From positions 62,001-126,000 of the forward strand of contig OZ025722.1 of NCBI GenBank assembly GCA_964019335.1: a DNA stretch of 64,000 nucleotides. Direction: 5' to 3'. The stretch comes from Diplonema japonicum (lineage: Eukaryota; Protista; Euglenozoa: Diplonemea). How positions within the stretch are numbered: the stretch's first letter is position 1; every line of letters begins with the position of its first letter. Both the position numbers and the translations under genes were made by a program. Below the pieces are notes generated by a model. The model did no database searches. It had not been told where the DNA came from and was given only the letters and a program-made list of their open reading frames with translations. Below, one piece after another: positions 19,970 to 31,715 of the stretch.

Positions 19970-22744
19970 ATGTTTAGCAACACGGAGTTTACAGAACGGT
20001 GGTTTGCGGTGGGCCGTCCCCGGAAATCCAAAAAGCCTAACCATAAACCGACGCTGGTGGAACCCTGGAAGGTTGGGGTCCCGAGGTTGCAGAGCGCAGA
20101 GGTTTCAGCAGGCCTTGCAAGACGGCTGCCTAGGTTGAAGCAGGAAGGCTGGGATCTGACAATGGTTACAGACGCCACCAACACCATATCCACGGTTGCC
20201 CCAGCGGCAGATCAGCCTGCCAGGACGGGAACCGAGATGCGGGAAACCTTCAGAGAAATAACACGAAATTACGAACGAAAAGATGTACGGCTCGCGCACT
20301 GGGCAAAAAACATGGTGGCTGCATCCAAAGAAGCCACGCAAGCCCTTCCCAGCCCGAACCCTTTACGGCTCGCAGTCGGGCTGTTTGTCTTAGAAAGGCT
20401 TCTCCGGTATTTTTCACTGGATTTCTCCATACGGGATGAGTTCATTTCCGGGATGTTCACAGGGGGTGCCGGTCTTGCCTCGATGTTCTCAGACGGGGTG
20501 GGCTCCACATTGTTGGAAAGCCTACTGTGTGTGGAAACAACGGAGCTGCTTGAGAAGAAACTGAGGACGGCGGAGAAAATTCAAAGGAACCAGCAGATCA
20601 CCATCGAGAAGATCATGCGGCAGGCGCAGCTCACTCAAGCAGCCAATTTAAAACTGATCAAACACGCTTGTTTCAAAGCTTGGCGAACGGTTGCAGGACA
20701 CAAATCGTCGTTGAAAATCGCAGCCAGCGTCGCGGATATGCGCCACCACCGCACAGCAGCAAAACTCTTCTTCAGATGGCGGGGTTACTGCCGTGTCCTC
20801 AAAAGCTCAAAAACAGCAGAAAAGCTAGAAAACGACTTGAAGGCTAAAGAGAACACCCACGGCAACGAGGTCCGGTTACTAACTCTTAAAATCGACAGCG
20901 AAACCGCGCATTACAGAGCAAAGGTTGCAGACCTACAGCGGAAAGTAAACGAGATCAATGGCTTGGAATGTCAGAACGATGGTGAAAACGACCTGCAAGG
21001 ATTGAAACGGCAGACCACAGAACTTCAAAAAAAACTGCGGGTTGCGGGGAAAGATCTGAAGTTCATGGCGGAGGTGACCGCGCAGCAGCAAAAAACACTT
21101 CAAGGTGTCGAGGAAACGCTCGAAGAGACAAGAAAAGGACTAGTCAACATGGTGAACGAGGGCCTGTCGCAGTCGAGAAGCGTCTCATCCGTCGCGGTGG
21201 CGAAAGCGGCAAAAGATCCGAGACACAATTTTTCCACCCCGCTGTGGCAAGAAGTCGGAGGCGAAGGGTTTGAAGTTGACTGGGATGAGGTGTCGGCAGA
21301 GGACGCCGCGTTGGTCTGGATCAACCATTTGTTCCAAACAGAAAAAAACCGCACCGCCGCCTCCCCCATTGCAAGATCACTGAACAGAGACTTCACAGAC
21401 GGGACCCTGTTCCTGAACATACACAATATACTGTTTAAAGTCCCCGATTTCCTCGCTACCTTAAGGGACCACTCTATCCCGGACCGTGTAGGGAAATTGG
21501 TCGCGCTTATGCGGAAAGATGCCAACGCAGGTTCATCCATAGTCGCAGAGGCAATTCTAGAGAACCGGCAAGAGATTATCATGAAATGCATCGGATTGTA
21601 CCTCGACGTTTACATTACCAAGTATAGCTATGAAGAATGTGTTGAAGCAGAAGAAGGCGTTTTTTCCGTCCCCGCAGAAGAGCTTCTTGAAAAACACAAT
21701 CGAAACAACGCGAACCGCAGAGCGCTCCGGAAGCTGTGCAACAAAATCGTGAACTGGGACCTGTTGAACCTGACGGGCTCGGCCAACAAGGCCAACAAGA
21801 AATACGTAAAGCAAGCATTGCAAAGAACAAGAAGCGGGCTGCACGAACTGGTTGAATTCGGAACCTGCGTTGTTGGAATCGATGCCCTTCGCACGGGACT
21901 GCCTAATACCTCTAACATCGAAGCTGTTTGGAATGTCTTCAAGAGTCAAGGTGATCATCTCCCTGCGGTTTTCGATTATTATTCCAACCTCACAATTGGG
22001 TTGCACGGTTTGCAAGCGAGCGATTGGGTAAAACTGTGCCTAGACACGCAGCATCCTTCCGCGAAAAGTTTGTCCGGACGGACAAAACTCGAAGCGATCT
22101 TCGCTTCCAGCATCCCGAAAACACGAAAGGGTGCAAATGTCCATGATTTATGTGTTTTGCTTGTCAGATCGTTGGAAGAAGCACCCGATCCCGACAGCCC
22201 TTCGGCACGACGCAGATCGAAGGCGAGCTTTGCCGTCCGGCCTTTAGCAGAGAAACTCACCAATTTATTGGCAGATATACAGAACAGAGCTTACATGTGC
22301 AACGTGGCAGCGTTTAAAGAACAGTTTTGGGACCAAAAGGTGCAGGGGGTGTTGCAGAGCCACAGTAAGGTGATTGGTCATGTGTACGATTTCTTTTGCA
22401 AGCGGGACCAGTCCAACAGAGGGAACTCCAAGTCGCTTTCCTTGGAGGACTGGCACAGGTTCAGTAAAGATGTGGAGCTGTTGGACCAGTTCACGAGCAG
22501 GCACGACGCTACGCTTGTCTTCAACATGAGCCAGAACCCTGACGACCCGAGCGGTCACACTGAGCTCACACACAAGGAGTTTACCTTTGCCGTCACCTTG
22601 CTCGGGATGATGCGCTGTCCCAACCCTACCTACACCCCTGCGACAAGACTGTCGGCGTTCATCGCCGAACGGTTCATCCCCACCTTGAAGAGAAAATTCC
22701 CGCAAATACGCACCGCTGAAAGGAGCAATTCCACCGCATCGTGA
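19970..22744 (+). CDS. Coiled-coil protein with calponin-homology-like and C-terminal EF-hand-like regions, 924 aa (likely cytoskeletal/flagellar)
   Basis: Sfi1-like ACFKAWR/LFFRWR; CH-like EDAALVWINHL...DFTDGTLF; EF-like LSLEDW...ELTHKEF. Confidence 0.7.
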   Translation: MFSNTEFTERWFAVGRPRKSKKPNHKPTLVEPWKVGVPRLQSAEVSAGLARRLPRLKQEGWDLTMVTDATNTISTVAPAADQPARTGTEMRETFREITRNYERKDVRLAHWAKNMVAASKEATQALPSPNPLRLAVGLFVLERLLRYFSLDFSIRDEFISGMFTGGAGLASMFSDGVGSTLLESLLCVETTELLEKKLRTAEKIQRNQQITIEKIMRQAQLTQAANLKLIKHACFKAWRTVAGHKSSLKIAASVADMRHHRTAAKLFFRWRGYCRVLKSSKTAEKLENDLKAKENTHGNEVRLLTLKIDSETAHYRAKVADLQRKVNEINGLECQNDGENDLQGLKRQTTELQKKLRVAGKDLKFMAEVTAQQQKTLQGVEETLEETRKGLVNMVNEGLSQSRSVSSVAVAKAAKDPRHNFSTPLWQEVGGEGFEVDWDEVSAEDAALVWINHLFQTEKNRTAASPIARSLNRDFTDGTLFLNIHNILFKVPDFLATLRDHSIPDRVGKLVALMRKDANAGSSIVAEAILENRQEIIMKCIGLYLDVYITKYSYEECVEAEEGVFSVPAEELLEKHNRNNANRRALRKLCNKIVNWDLLNLTGSANKANKKYVKQALQRTRSGLHELVEFGTCVVGIDALRTGLPNTSNIEAVWNVFKSQGDHLPAVFDYYSNLTIGLHGLQASDWVKLCLDTQHPSAKSLSGRTKLEAIFASSIPKTRKGANVHDLCVLLVRSLEEAPDPDSPSARRRSKASFAVRPLAEKLTNLLADIQNRAYMCNVAAFKEQFWDQKVQGVLQSHSKVIGHVYDFFCKRDQSNRGNSKSLSLEDWHRFSKDVELLDQFTSRHDATLVFNMSQNPDDPSGHTELTHKEFTFAVTLLGMMRCPNPTYTPATRLSAFIAERFIPTLKRKFPQIRTAERSNSTAS

Positions 22745-22769
22745 GAAATAAAGAAAAAGTAACAAGCAA

Positions 22770-22804
<35 letters not shown>

Positions 22805-22909
22805 TTCTTCCGAGCACTTTTTTCTTTTCCATCCCCCCCCCTTCCCCCTTTTTCCCCCCCTTTTACCAAAACTTCCAACTCAGAGGGAGGGAAGACCAAA
22901 GTAGGTCAG

Positions 22910-23168
22910 ATGAAGCAAGGAGGTAGAGGTGGGAGCAGAGGTATCTAAAAAAAGGGGGGGTAAAAAAAAAGAGAGAGAAAAAAAAAAAGCAGGACCGAGC
23001 GGGGGGACGTGGGCAAGGAGGAAGCAAGGAGGAACAGGTGCTTGGGATGACCACGGGCACACCCAGGAAACCCAGTGGAAGCAGCCCGAGATGGAGACTG
23101 AGGCTATAGTGATGCACGACTACACCTACCAATCGGGGACCCTCACGAAGAAGGCAGCAGACGCGATC

Positions 23169-23215
<47 letters not shown>

Positions 23216-23956
23216 ACAACACCTCAATAAAACAGGCATTGCACACAGGTGAAATCGATGCGAACACACGCCCCATTCTTGAGAAGTGGGAGGTCAAGGT
23301 CCGGGCAGCCATCAGGGTCGGTACTCAGTATGATTTTCAAGGGAAAGAAAAAAAAAAAAAAAAAAAAAAAAAGAGTTCCGGACCCACCTAACTGGAGATC
23401 AGCCATCTCAAGATCGTCCGGTGGAGGCGGTTGGGGTGAGTCCGCAAACCAGGGCGCGTTTTTGCAAGCAGCGCAAGCACCGAAATCTAAAAATAAGGGA
23501 AAGAAGAAGACAAACACGACCTCTGCCGTGGTGGCCTCAACAGGACTCGACGACTACACCGAAAACAGAATCCAGGAGCTGAGTCAGTTTATGCAGCAAA
23601 TTACGGCCAATCAGCAGAGGCTGTATGAGCAGCAGGATACCATCAGTGTGGCTCTAACACAGATGGCTGCTAAGATACAAGAAAGAGATATGCTAATCAT
23701 CCAGCAACTCTACGCACTGGGGGGCGCAGCAGCAGCAACGACCCCCATCTCGATTCCCAAGTCCATGCCTGCTACTGACCCTTACCAGCAGACTGCTCAT
23801 GTTGCAACTTCCTACCAGCCTGCAATGGACACCTCCTCATGGGGAAATACCGCACAAACCCCAGCACAGACTGCCGCTATGGCAGCTGCCACGGGGCAAG
23901 TCGGATCGGGGATCGCGGAATTGACCCAACACCTGACGCTCCAAGCCAAGAAGTAG
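22910..23956 (+). CDS. Hidden 4-exon gene, 294 aa (RGG start, Gly/Trp motifs, coiled coil); exons 22910-22940, 22993-23171, 23236-23327, 23374-23956
   Basis: Three A-rich GT-AG introns (phases 1, 0, 2) join into one 885-nt stop-free frame: MKQGGRGGSRG|PSGGTW...ADAIR|ALHTGE...VGTQ|VPDPPNW...QAKK. Confidence 0.75.
22941..22992 (+). other. 52-nt GT-AG intron, purine-rich
   Basis: G|GTATCT...AAAAAAGCAG|GA; phase 1; restores frame. Confidence 0.7.
23172..23235 (+). other. 64-nt GT-AG intron, poly(A)
   Basis: AGG|GT-poly(A)-CACAACACCTCAATAAAACAG|GCA; phase 0. Confidence 0.7.
23328..23373 (+). other. 46-nt GT-AG intron with AAG acceptor
   Basis: CA|GTATGATTTTCAAGGGAAAG-poly(A)-G|A; phase 2; restores frame. 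Confidence 0.65.
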
Positions 23957-24031
23957 GGAGATTGGGGGGCGGGCACCAAAATTAGTGTTTGAAGAAGGGA
24001 GGGGAAGGAGCGATTGTTATGTGCAATACAT

Positions 24032-24072
<41 letters not shown>

Positions 24073-24986
24073 GCGATCCTGTCACATACTGCAGGTTCCC
24101 TTCAAAGACATCTTTTTTTTTTTTTTTTTTTTTGGTAAGGAGGGAGGGGGCAGTATAAAGTGCAAAAAAAGATTTTTTTTTAAGAGGTAGCTGAAACCCC
24201 ATTACTAAAGGTTGTCCCCATTTTATGTGGCAACAAGAACGGTTGATCCCTAGGGAAGGCAACACAACGATGAAGGAAGAACACGGCCCCCCCCAGCAGG
24301 GAAGGGGGATATGGGAGGTGAGTGTAAAGAGGGACCTCCCCAAAGCACATATTTTTTTTATTATTATTTTCCCCTTTCTTCTTTCTAAAGTGTATAAAGA
24401 AACCTGGGGAGGGGAAGTATAGCTTCTTCTTTTTTTCTTTCTTTCTTTTCTTTTTTTCCGTGATCCTATATTTCCATTTCCCCCATTTCTTCACCCCCCC
24501 CCCCCCCCCCACACACACACACGCACACTCACACTATTGTTTATTGACGATTTTCTTTATTTCATCTTTTCTTTTATGTATCAAATCGTGCCTTTGAAGA
24601 CATAAAAGAAGAGAAAATAAACATGAAAAAAAAAAGAAAAAAAGGAAAAAAGGAAATGCACAATTTAATTACTTTTACCTCCTTTTCTTTCCAGTGTGCG
24701 GCAATGAGATCTGTGATCGCCCCTCGCACGAGGGGGGGGGGGGGGGGGGGGAGGGGGAGAAGACTAGGGATTTTAAAAAAGGGGGGACTCACGAAACGAG
24801 ATTACCCCCCCCCCCCCTCTTCTTTCTCTTTTCCAGCGTTCTTCACCTTTCTTTTGCTTCCCCCCCCCATTCTTTTGTTTTTATCCCTCGATTTTTCACA
24901 CACATTACAGGAGGGAGGATACCTTTTTCTTTTTCTTTTTTTTTCTCTCTTCCCTCCCCACCCTCTTCCCCCCATTTTTTTGTTAA

Positions 24987-27510
24987 ATGCCAGTATCAAT
25001 GTCAAGGAGGAATCAAGGGCCGCCGATACAGCATCAGAAGTACGAAAGACAGACCCAGCAGCAACCACAACAACAACAACAGCAACTACAACAACAACAG
25101 CAGCAGCAGCCACAACACCAACCCACGCAACAGGCGAACGCCCAGGTGATGACCTTGGAGAAAATCGAGGGCCTCGCAGGGAGAGGTGCCGGGCCATCCC
25201 TCCAGACGCATCTCAACGAGATCCGCGACGAGGAGCTGCGCAGGAGCGTCCAAGGAAGCTTGGTCAAAAAGAGCGCGGATGACAACGACACCACAAACCC
25301 AAACCGCAACTGGTACTTCAAAAAAGGAGATCTGAACACAGTGGTCCAACGATGCAACAAGAAACTGAAACAGGAACCCGGTGCGCAAGATGCACTTCTT
25401 GTTCGTGCCTCGTGCCAGGAACAACAAGAAGACCTTCAGGGCGCCATTGGCGACTTCACTTCTGTACTCCAAACAGAACCCTCCCACCTTACAGCTCTCT
25501 TCGGACGTGGGCAGGCTCAACAGCGGCTCGGCAACTTCGACGCTGCGATCACCGACTACACGTCGCTCCTTGAAAGGGACCCGAACCACGTCAACGCAGG
25601 GTACTCACGAGGGGCGTGCCACAACCTCAAGGGGAACTTCGCCGCAGCGATTTTGGACTACCAGATGGCACTGCATGTTGACGAGAAGAAATCATCGGTA
25701 CCAAGAAGCAGGCGGCCTATAAAGAACTCAGGCGAGCTTGCGTTGTACATCAGCAAACGTGACGAAACCTTGCAGTCGAAGGTGTACGGCGACATGGAGA
25801 AGGAACAAGTCGCGAGGGCAAAACGTGCAGAGGCTCAGAAGAAAATCCACGCGTTGCGTGCAGAACAAGTTGTCTCGCCTGTTGTGTCGGAACAGCAGAT
25901 GGATGACTCGGGCTTGAACGGGTTGGGTTTGCTGCCCCCCGGGGATTCCATTAATGTATCGGGGTTACTGTCCGACCCGAACACCCCGTTGGGGGACAGT
26001 TTGAATTCCGCAGTGCATTTCCCATCATCGCCCACTTCCAAGCAACAACAACAACAACACCCACAGCAGAAGCAAAACCCAGCGTTTCCAAAACCACCCT
26101 TACCCATTGCTGCGGCAAAGCCGTCTGTTCAAAGATCGACCCCAACACCCACACCGACAATGAACCCAGCACCTGCACCGGGCGACGCAGAAGTAGGCTC
26201 AGCAGAGTACTACCACCAGCTCGGCTTCTCGTATCGAAAACGAGGCGATCTCCAAGGAGCCATCAGGGAATACACAACAGCATTGCAGGTAGATACAGGA
26301 CATTTCAAAGCCTTGTTCAACAGAGGCTTCTGTTTTGACAAATTGGGTCAGTACGATGACGCGATTGGGGACTACACAAGAGCCCTCGAAATCGAACCCC
26401 ACAATGCGTACACATTCTACAACTTGGGCATCTCGTACGACAGAAAGGGCAACGCTTACGACCAAGCCGTCGTAATGTTCAGCAAGGCCATTGAACTGGA
26501 GCCGCACAACCCGGACTTCTACCACAATAGAGGGTTCTCGCAGAGGAAGATGGGCAATTACGAAGCAGCTATACAGGACTACACATCGGCGATTAAACTA
26601 GACGGCAGGCATTTCAAGGCATTCTACAACAGAGCATTTAGTTACGACAAGCTGCACCAGTATGAGAAGGCGGTGGAAGATTATACCAAGGCGATTAGTA
26701 TAGATGATTCAAACCCGAACTCGTATCACAACCGTGGAACGTCGCATGAGAAACTGCATAAGCTGGATGAGGCATTAGAAGACTTCAGCCGAGCGGTTAC
26801 GTTGGATGGTTCGAACCCATCGACTTACAACAGTAGAGGGCTTGTTTTCGATCGGTTGGATCGTTATGGCGATGCCATTTCTGATTTTACGGTTGCCATT
26901 CAGATGGATCAGGAAAACGCGGTTTATTACCATAACAGGGGTTTTAGTTACAGAAATCTGGGGAACTTCGAGGCGGCGATCAAGGACTACAGCACCGCCA
27001 TCAGGTTGAACCCGAGCTCGATGGCGGCGTACAACAACAGGGGCTTCGCTGAGAGGAAGCTCGGGCTTTATGACTTGGCTGTGAAGGACTACACCAGGTC
27101 TCTCGAGCTGCAACCTAATAATGTTAAAACCTACAACAATCGCGGATATTGCTACGCACGAATGGGTCTGTACGATCTAGCCATCTATGATTACAACAAG
27201 GTCATTGAACTTGACCCAACAAACATCCACTCTTACCACAACCGTGGCATCTCTTATGATAAGAAGGAGGACTACACTGCCGCGATAGGAGATTTTACAA
27301 AGGTGTGTGTGTGTGGGGGGGTTTTTTTTAAAAAGATTTAAAAAAAAAAAAAAGGTTTTGGAATTGGATGTTACGAATGCCAATGCTTTCTTCAACCGCG
27401 GGTCTGCTTATGACTCGCTGGGAGACTTCGACAGGGCGATCTCCGATTACACCAAGGCGTTGGATTTAGATGTGAAAAAGGGTGTTGCGACATCTTTGGT
27501 AAAGCCATAG
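24987..27510 (+). CDS. Tetratricopeptide-repeat protein, ~823 aa; exons 24987-27302, 27355-27510
   Basis: Many 34-aa TPRs (YHNRG...AIxDYTxAIxLDP); poly-Gln N-terminus; splicing gives the continuous repeat AIGDFTK|VLELDVTNANAFFNRG. Confidence 0.92.
27303..27354 (+). other. 52-nt GT-AG intron (GT repeat, G run, T run, A run, AAG acceptor)
   Basis: Removal restores the TPR register exactly. Confidence 0.88.
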
Positions 27511-28136
27511 ATTTTTTTTTTGTTCCCCATTTCCCCCCTACATTTTTTTTTTTTTTTTTTTTTTCCTTCTCCCTCTTTTTTTTTTTCTTTTTTTTTTTTA
27601 GATTTTAGAAAGAAGGGGGAAAAAAAAAGATCTTTTTTTTCTCTTCACACCCCCCCCCCCCCTCCTTGTTGTTATTTTTTTTAAATATATTTTGGTCTTG
27701 TAGATGAACAAAATATGAAAAGTTGTTTTTTTTTTCTCCGTTTCCTCTTCCCCCTTTTTTTTGTTTTTTTTTCTCCTTGAAAGAATTATTAGAAAAAAAA
27801 AACAATTATTTTTCTTCCCCCTGTGGAAGGGGGGGGGGGGGGAGGAGGGGAGAGAAAACCCCTGGAAACAAAAAACTCTTTAAGGAAATGGTGTCTTAAA
27901 AAAATATTGTATTAAAAAAAAATTCGATAGAGATCTGTAAAAAAAAAAAAAAAAAAGAAAAAAAACCATTTACCCCTCCCCCTTTTTTTAGATATTCTTT
28001 TTTTTTTCTTTGTTTCCCTCCCCCCCCGTTTTTCTTCCATTCTCCCCCCTGTTCTTTTTTTTTCATATTTTTTATTTTTCCTACATTGACTCCCCCGCAT
28101 ACCTTTCCTCCAGAAAAGGGAAAAAAACAAAAAAAA

Positions 28137-30512
28137 ATGCAACCTTGCACAGATAGCCTAACAGATGTCATGGCATGGCTGTTGAAATACGAGTCGGGCT
28201 CGGAGGCGGAAACAGAACGGGAGAATTTCAAGCAGATGTTAAAATCTCGCTCGGGGTGCTTGAACCTTCGGGGACCCGGAGGGGTGACAGCCATTGAAAT
28301 AGCAATGCGGGACCATGGAGGAAAATGGACCGAAGAAGACCAGCAGTTCTTCGTAGAAGACCTGCTGAGGTACGGCGCGTGCCTGTACAGCATAGCAGAC
28401 GGCGCCGATCGGACGTTCCTCGAAAACTTGCAGCAAAACACCCCGCATCGGAAAACCATTTTCAACATCGTCAATCTGGTCCGAGAAACCTCAGAGGAGG
28501 ATATACCTTCCGTCACACCTGTCACCACCTCTCGCGTCCTTCGCAGCAGAGGAAAGGCAGAGCTCGGCCATCGCAAGCACATCACATTTTCAAAAGTTTG
28601 CGAACACGTTGTATACTACTTGAGCTCGAACGAAATCCGAGTTTGGGATTTCACCACTCAAGAAGAATGCATTCTACATTCCCCAGCAGATCAACTCCAC
28701 TGTCTTCAAGAACTTCAACAAAAGCTCAAAACAGTCAAGGAGGACAAGGAAATCGCCATTTTCAACAAAACTGTAAGAATCTCCCGACTCCTCGAGGCAG
28801 AGGAACGCCTCGCAAGCACCATCGAAGACCTCAAAAAAACCATCCCGCAAATAACCGGTTTCGTGAATTTCGCGGAGCTTGCCAAGAAGGGCTCTGCGGA
28901 GATCTCCAACGAGTGGCTCCTTATCGACAGCGGTGTGCTCCTGCAGGTTTCCATAACAAAGGACGGCATCACCATTCCCGACAAGTCATCACCCCCAACA
29001 CCAGGTTCCGTCTTCACCCCGCAGCAGCTCCCGAGAAACTACAGCCTCGCACATGCACCTTCTATAGGATCGCTGCTCCCTCTTTTTATAGACCGGGATT
29101 TCAACGGGCCAACGGTTAAAAAACATAATACTAGTTTTAAATTTGTATCTGGGGACCTTCCCGGGTGTATAGGTGTCTGTGTTGATCCGATTCACAGAGT
29201 CATCGCTTATGTGACCCCGAAGATGATGTTCACGATCGTGAAGTTCCCGGTGAAGAAGGGGCAGCTGCATTTCCCCACGCAGCTGCGCTCGGAGGAAGCG
29301 TTGTGCTGCGCGGAACAGTTCGAGCATAAGATCCCCGGAGGGTTCTCAAAAGAGGACGTCGTCGGTGTGTACAAGGTCGGGCGGTCGAAATTTGTATTGT
29401 CCTTGAACAAGTACCCTATAGTGTTCGAGGATGGTGTGTTTCACTCGCTTGAAGACTTTGTACGGCCTGAAGGAAATGTAACCATGTCGGTCGGCCTGGA
29501 TAGCCAACCCTACAGAGTCTTCAAAAACTTCGCAGAACGACCTTATTTCGCGCAGGTCAGCAAGGTTGTGGAGCTTCTGAGAATCGACTCAAACGGAACC
29601 GCCACCATTCTCTTCCGTCTCGCGAGGGACCGGTACCCCGAGACCACGTACCGGGCTGCGTTCCACCCGTCACTCGATCAACTCATCGTACTCCGGGCTG
29701 GCTTCACACAAGAGCTTTGCACATACAACTTCATCTCGATGAAGGCTTCGATTCTATGCAGCCTCCCTCGGCCGTCAACACTTGCGTTTCAAGCATCTGG
29801 GAACGGATCAACCCCACCGCTCACAGAATTCTGCCTCGGGTTTTCAAAAACAGGGGAGTACGTAATGAGGTACAACCATGCAGTTCACTTGGTGACGATG
29901 TACCCATGGGAGGAGGTCGACGAGGCAGGGTCGGGGTACCGAAACATCTGTTTCATGGCGGAGGACCCGTCCACTGCTCAGAACGACAAGGAGGAGAAGG
30001 TTGTGGAGACGTGCAATGACACACAACGTGCCTCTGTCGCGGTTGTGGAGATCGAGGGAACAGAGAAGGAAAAGGTCCACGGGCTGCAAGTTGTCGAAAC
30101 GCTTTGCAGAGTGGAGGGCGGGTTCGTACTACACGAACGACCTACCGAGGGGACCGTGAAGGTCTCATTCCATTCCCCTCCCGCCGCTGTCAATTTCATC
30201 TCAAGACTGTTAAAGGCACAGTCACACGGGGCGCGGTTCAAGGCAGCCTGTGATTTCTCCGTAGGGGGTGGCGGGTCTTCCGCCAGCAGAGGGCTTCTCC
30301 GATCTTGTCCCTCGTCGCACTTCATCCTCTCCGCAGCTGACCACGCCCGCATCGCACCCTTTTCCCCGTTGTTTGCGCCGCTTGAGAAAAAGCAACTTTC
30401 TGACCCTGCTCTTCCTCCAAAGCAGCAGCCGTTTATATGCAAACCTGCTGCAGCCGTCCCGTCTTCTCCGTTGTCGCTTCCGCCGGTGAAGCATGCGGCG
30501 CTGTTTTATTGA
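28137..30512 (+). CDS. Hypothetical protein, ~790 aa
   Basis: Long ORF; ATG 28137 after CCTTTCCTCCAG and an A-rich leader; no family recognised. Confidence 0.7.
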   Translation: MQPCTDSLTDVMAWLLKYESGSEAETERENFKQMLKSRSGCLNLRGPGGVTAIEIAMRDHGGKWTEEDQQFFVEDLLRYGACLYSIADGADRTFLENLQQNTPHRKTIFNIVNLVRETSEEDIPSVTPVTTSRVLRSRGKAELGHRKHITFSKVCEHVVYYLSSNEIRVWDFTTQEECILHSPADQLHCLQELQQKLKTVKEDKEIAIFNKTVRISRLLEAEERLASTIEDLKKTIPQITGFVNFAELAKKGSAEISNEWLLIDSGVLLQVSITKDGITIPDKSSPPTPGSVFTPQQLPRNYSLAHAPSIGSLLPLFIDRDFNGPTVKKHNTSFKFVSGDLPGCIGVCVDPIHRVIAYVTPKMMFTIVKFPVKKGQLHFPTQLRSEEALCCAEQFEHKIPGGFSKEDVVGVYKVGRSKFVLSLNKYPIVFEDGVFHSLEDFVRPEGNVTMSVGLDSQPYRVFKNFAERPYFAQVSKVVELLRIDSNGTATILFRLARDRYPETTYRAAFHPSLDQLIVLRAGFTQELCTYNFISMKASILCSLPRPSTLAFQASGNGSTPPLTEFCLGFSKTGEYVMRYNHAVHLVTMYPWEEVDEAGSGYRNICFMAEDPSTAQNDKEEKVVETCNDTQRASVAVVEIEGTEKEKVHGLQVVETLCRVEGGFVLHERPTEGTVKVSFHSPPAAVNFISRLLKAQSHGARFKAACDFSVGGGGSSASRGLLRSCPSSHFILSAADHARIAPFSPLFAPLEKKQLSDPALPPKQQPFICKPAAAVPSSPLSLPPVKHAALFY

Positions 30513-30658
30513 ACAGGGTGAGGGTGAAGGTGAGGCTATTTCATCGGGCACCTTTTTTTCCAAAAGGGAACGTGAGAGTAATAGGTCTCCCCCCCCCCCT
30601 GTTAACATGAAATGATGGGGGAAAGGAAGAGTGGGGAAAAAAAGAAAGAAAAAGGACA

Positions 30659-31519
30659 ATGAAGCCCCGATCGGTTGCAGAGCGAGAGACGGCTAGAGAG
30701 ATCATGGACAAGGTGGGCGCCTGGGATGCGGAAGGCAGCAGGTACTACACGAGGGAAAAGCAAACACAGTGCAAAGTGTGGTACCTGCACTCGATAAACC
30801 AAAGCCTGAAGTACTCCCCGAGCGACGACTATCTCAGGAAGCAAAACGAGTCGGGCGACAGCATGGGGATAGCCCGGACAGGGGCAGGGCAGAAAAGCAA
30901 GCTTTCCGCCGCACTGGGAGGGAACAGGGGGAAGATAGCTGCGGTGATCGATGGGGTGTCGTACACGTACCAGCAGCTGCAGGACATGAGGGAGACCAAC
31001 CCTCTGTTGAAGTATTCCCCTGTTTTGGGAATTGCAAGAGACATGCAAGTGACGCAACTGCCTATAACACAAGAAAGGCAAAAACCTGGTCTTGCTCGAC
31101 CCCAACCAGTCAATTCCTCTGATCCCAGCATTAAATCCTCGCTTCCCGTGAAAGCCCTGTCGCGCTCTTTGAACTCATCGCCAGAGCTTCCAAAAATCAC
31201 CCCATCCACCGGTCTTGGGGACTACTCTTCGCTTACAATGCAACTCAAGCGCACCAAGCACGCTGTAAGCGAACACGGGAAGGCGTTCAGCACAATAGAC
31301 GCCCTCCTTAACTTGGAAGGGTCGTCGCAGCTGAAGAAGACCATTACCAGAATTTTTGCAAACCCAAGCCAGGCAGCGGCCATCTCCGAGGAAGGCACCC
31401 GTCTCCGCCAGCAGCACTACGACCAAGAAAGAACCCGCATCCTCGTGCAGCAGCAAGAAGAACTCAGAGACCAAAGAGAAGAGCTTGAACGAGAGGTCGG
31501 CCACCTCCTCAATTCATAG
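30659..31519 (+). CDS. Hypothetical protein, 286 aa, C-terminal coiled coil
   Basis: ORF with A-rich leader and coding-like composition. Confidence 0.7.
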   Translation: MKPRSVAERETAREIMDKVGAWDAEGSRYYTREKQTQCKVWYLHSINQSLKYSPSDDYLRKQNESGDSMGIARTGAGQKSKLSAALGGNRGKIAAVIDGVSYTYQQLQDMRETNPLLKYSPVLGIARDMQVTQLPITQERQKPGLARPQPVNSSDPSIKSSLPVKALSRSLNSSPELPKITPSTGLGDYSSLTMQLKRTKHAVSEHGKAFSTIDALLNLEGSSQLKKTITRIFANPSQAAAISEEGTRLRQQHYDQERTRILVQQQEELRDQREELEREVGHLLNS

Positions 31520-31715
31520 TTATCCGCTCTACTAGTTACCATTTTGGGAGGGGAGGGGGGTTGTTTCCACACCCCCCCTGTTAACACATCCTCTTGTTCA
31601 ATGTATTTATTTCTTTATCTGTCTTCTTTTTATTCTAGACAGTTTGAAGAAGCACAGGAAGAGGGGAAAACACCAAGAAAAAATAAAATAAAAAAACCGA
31701 AACCATAAAAAAACC

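Noticed and set aside
24073-24350. Complex-sequence patch with a short 65-aa ORF
   Set aside because: Too short, with no motif, repeat partner or clear splice pattern
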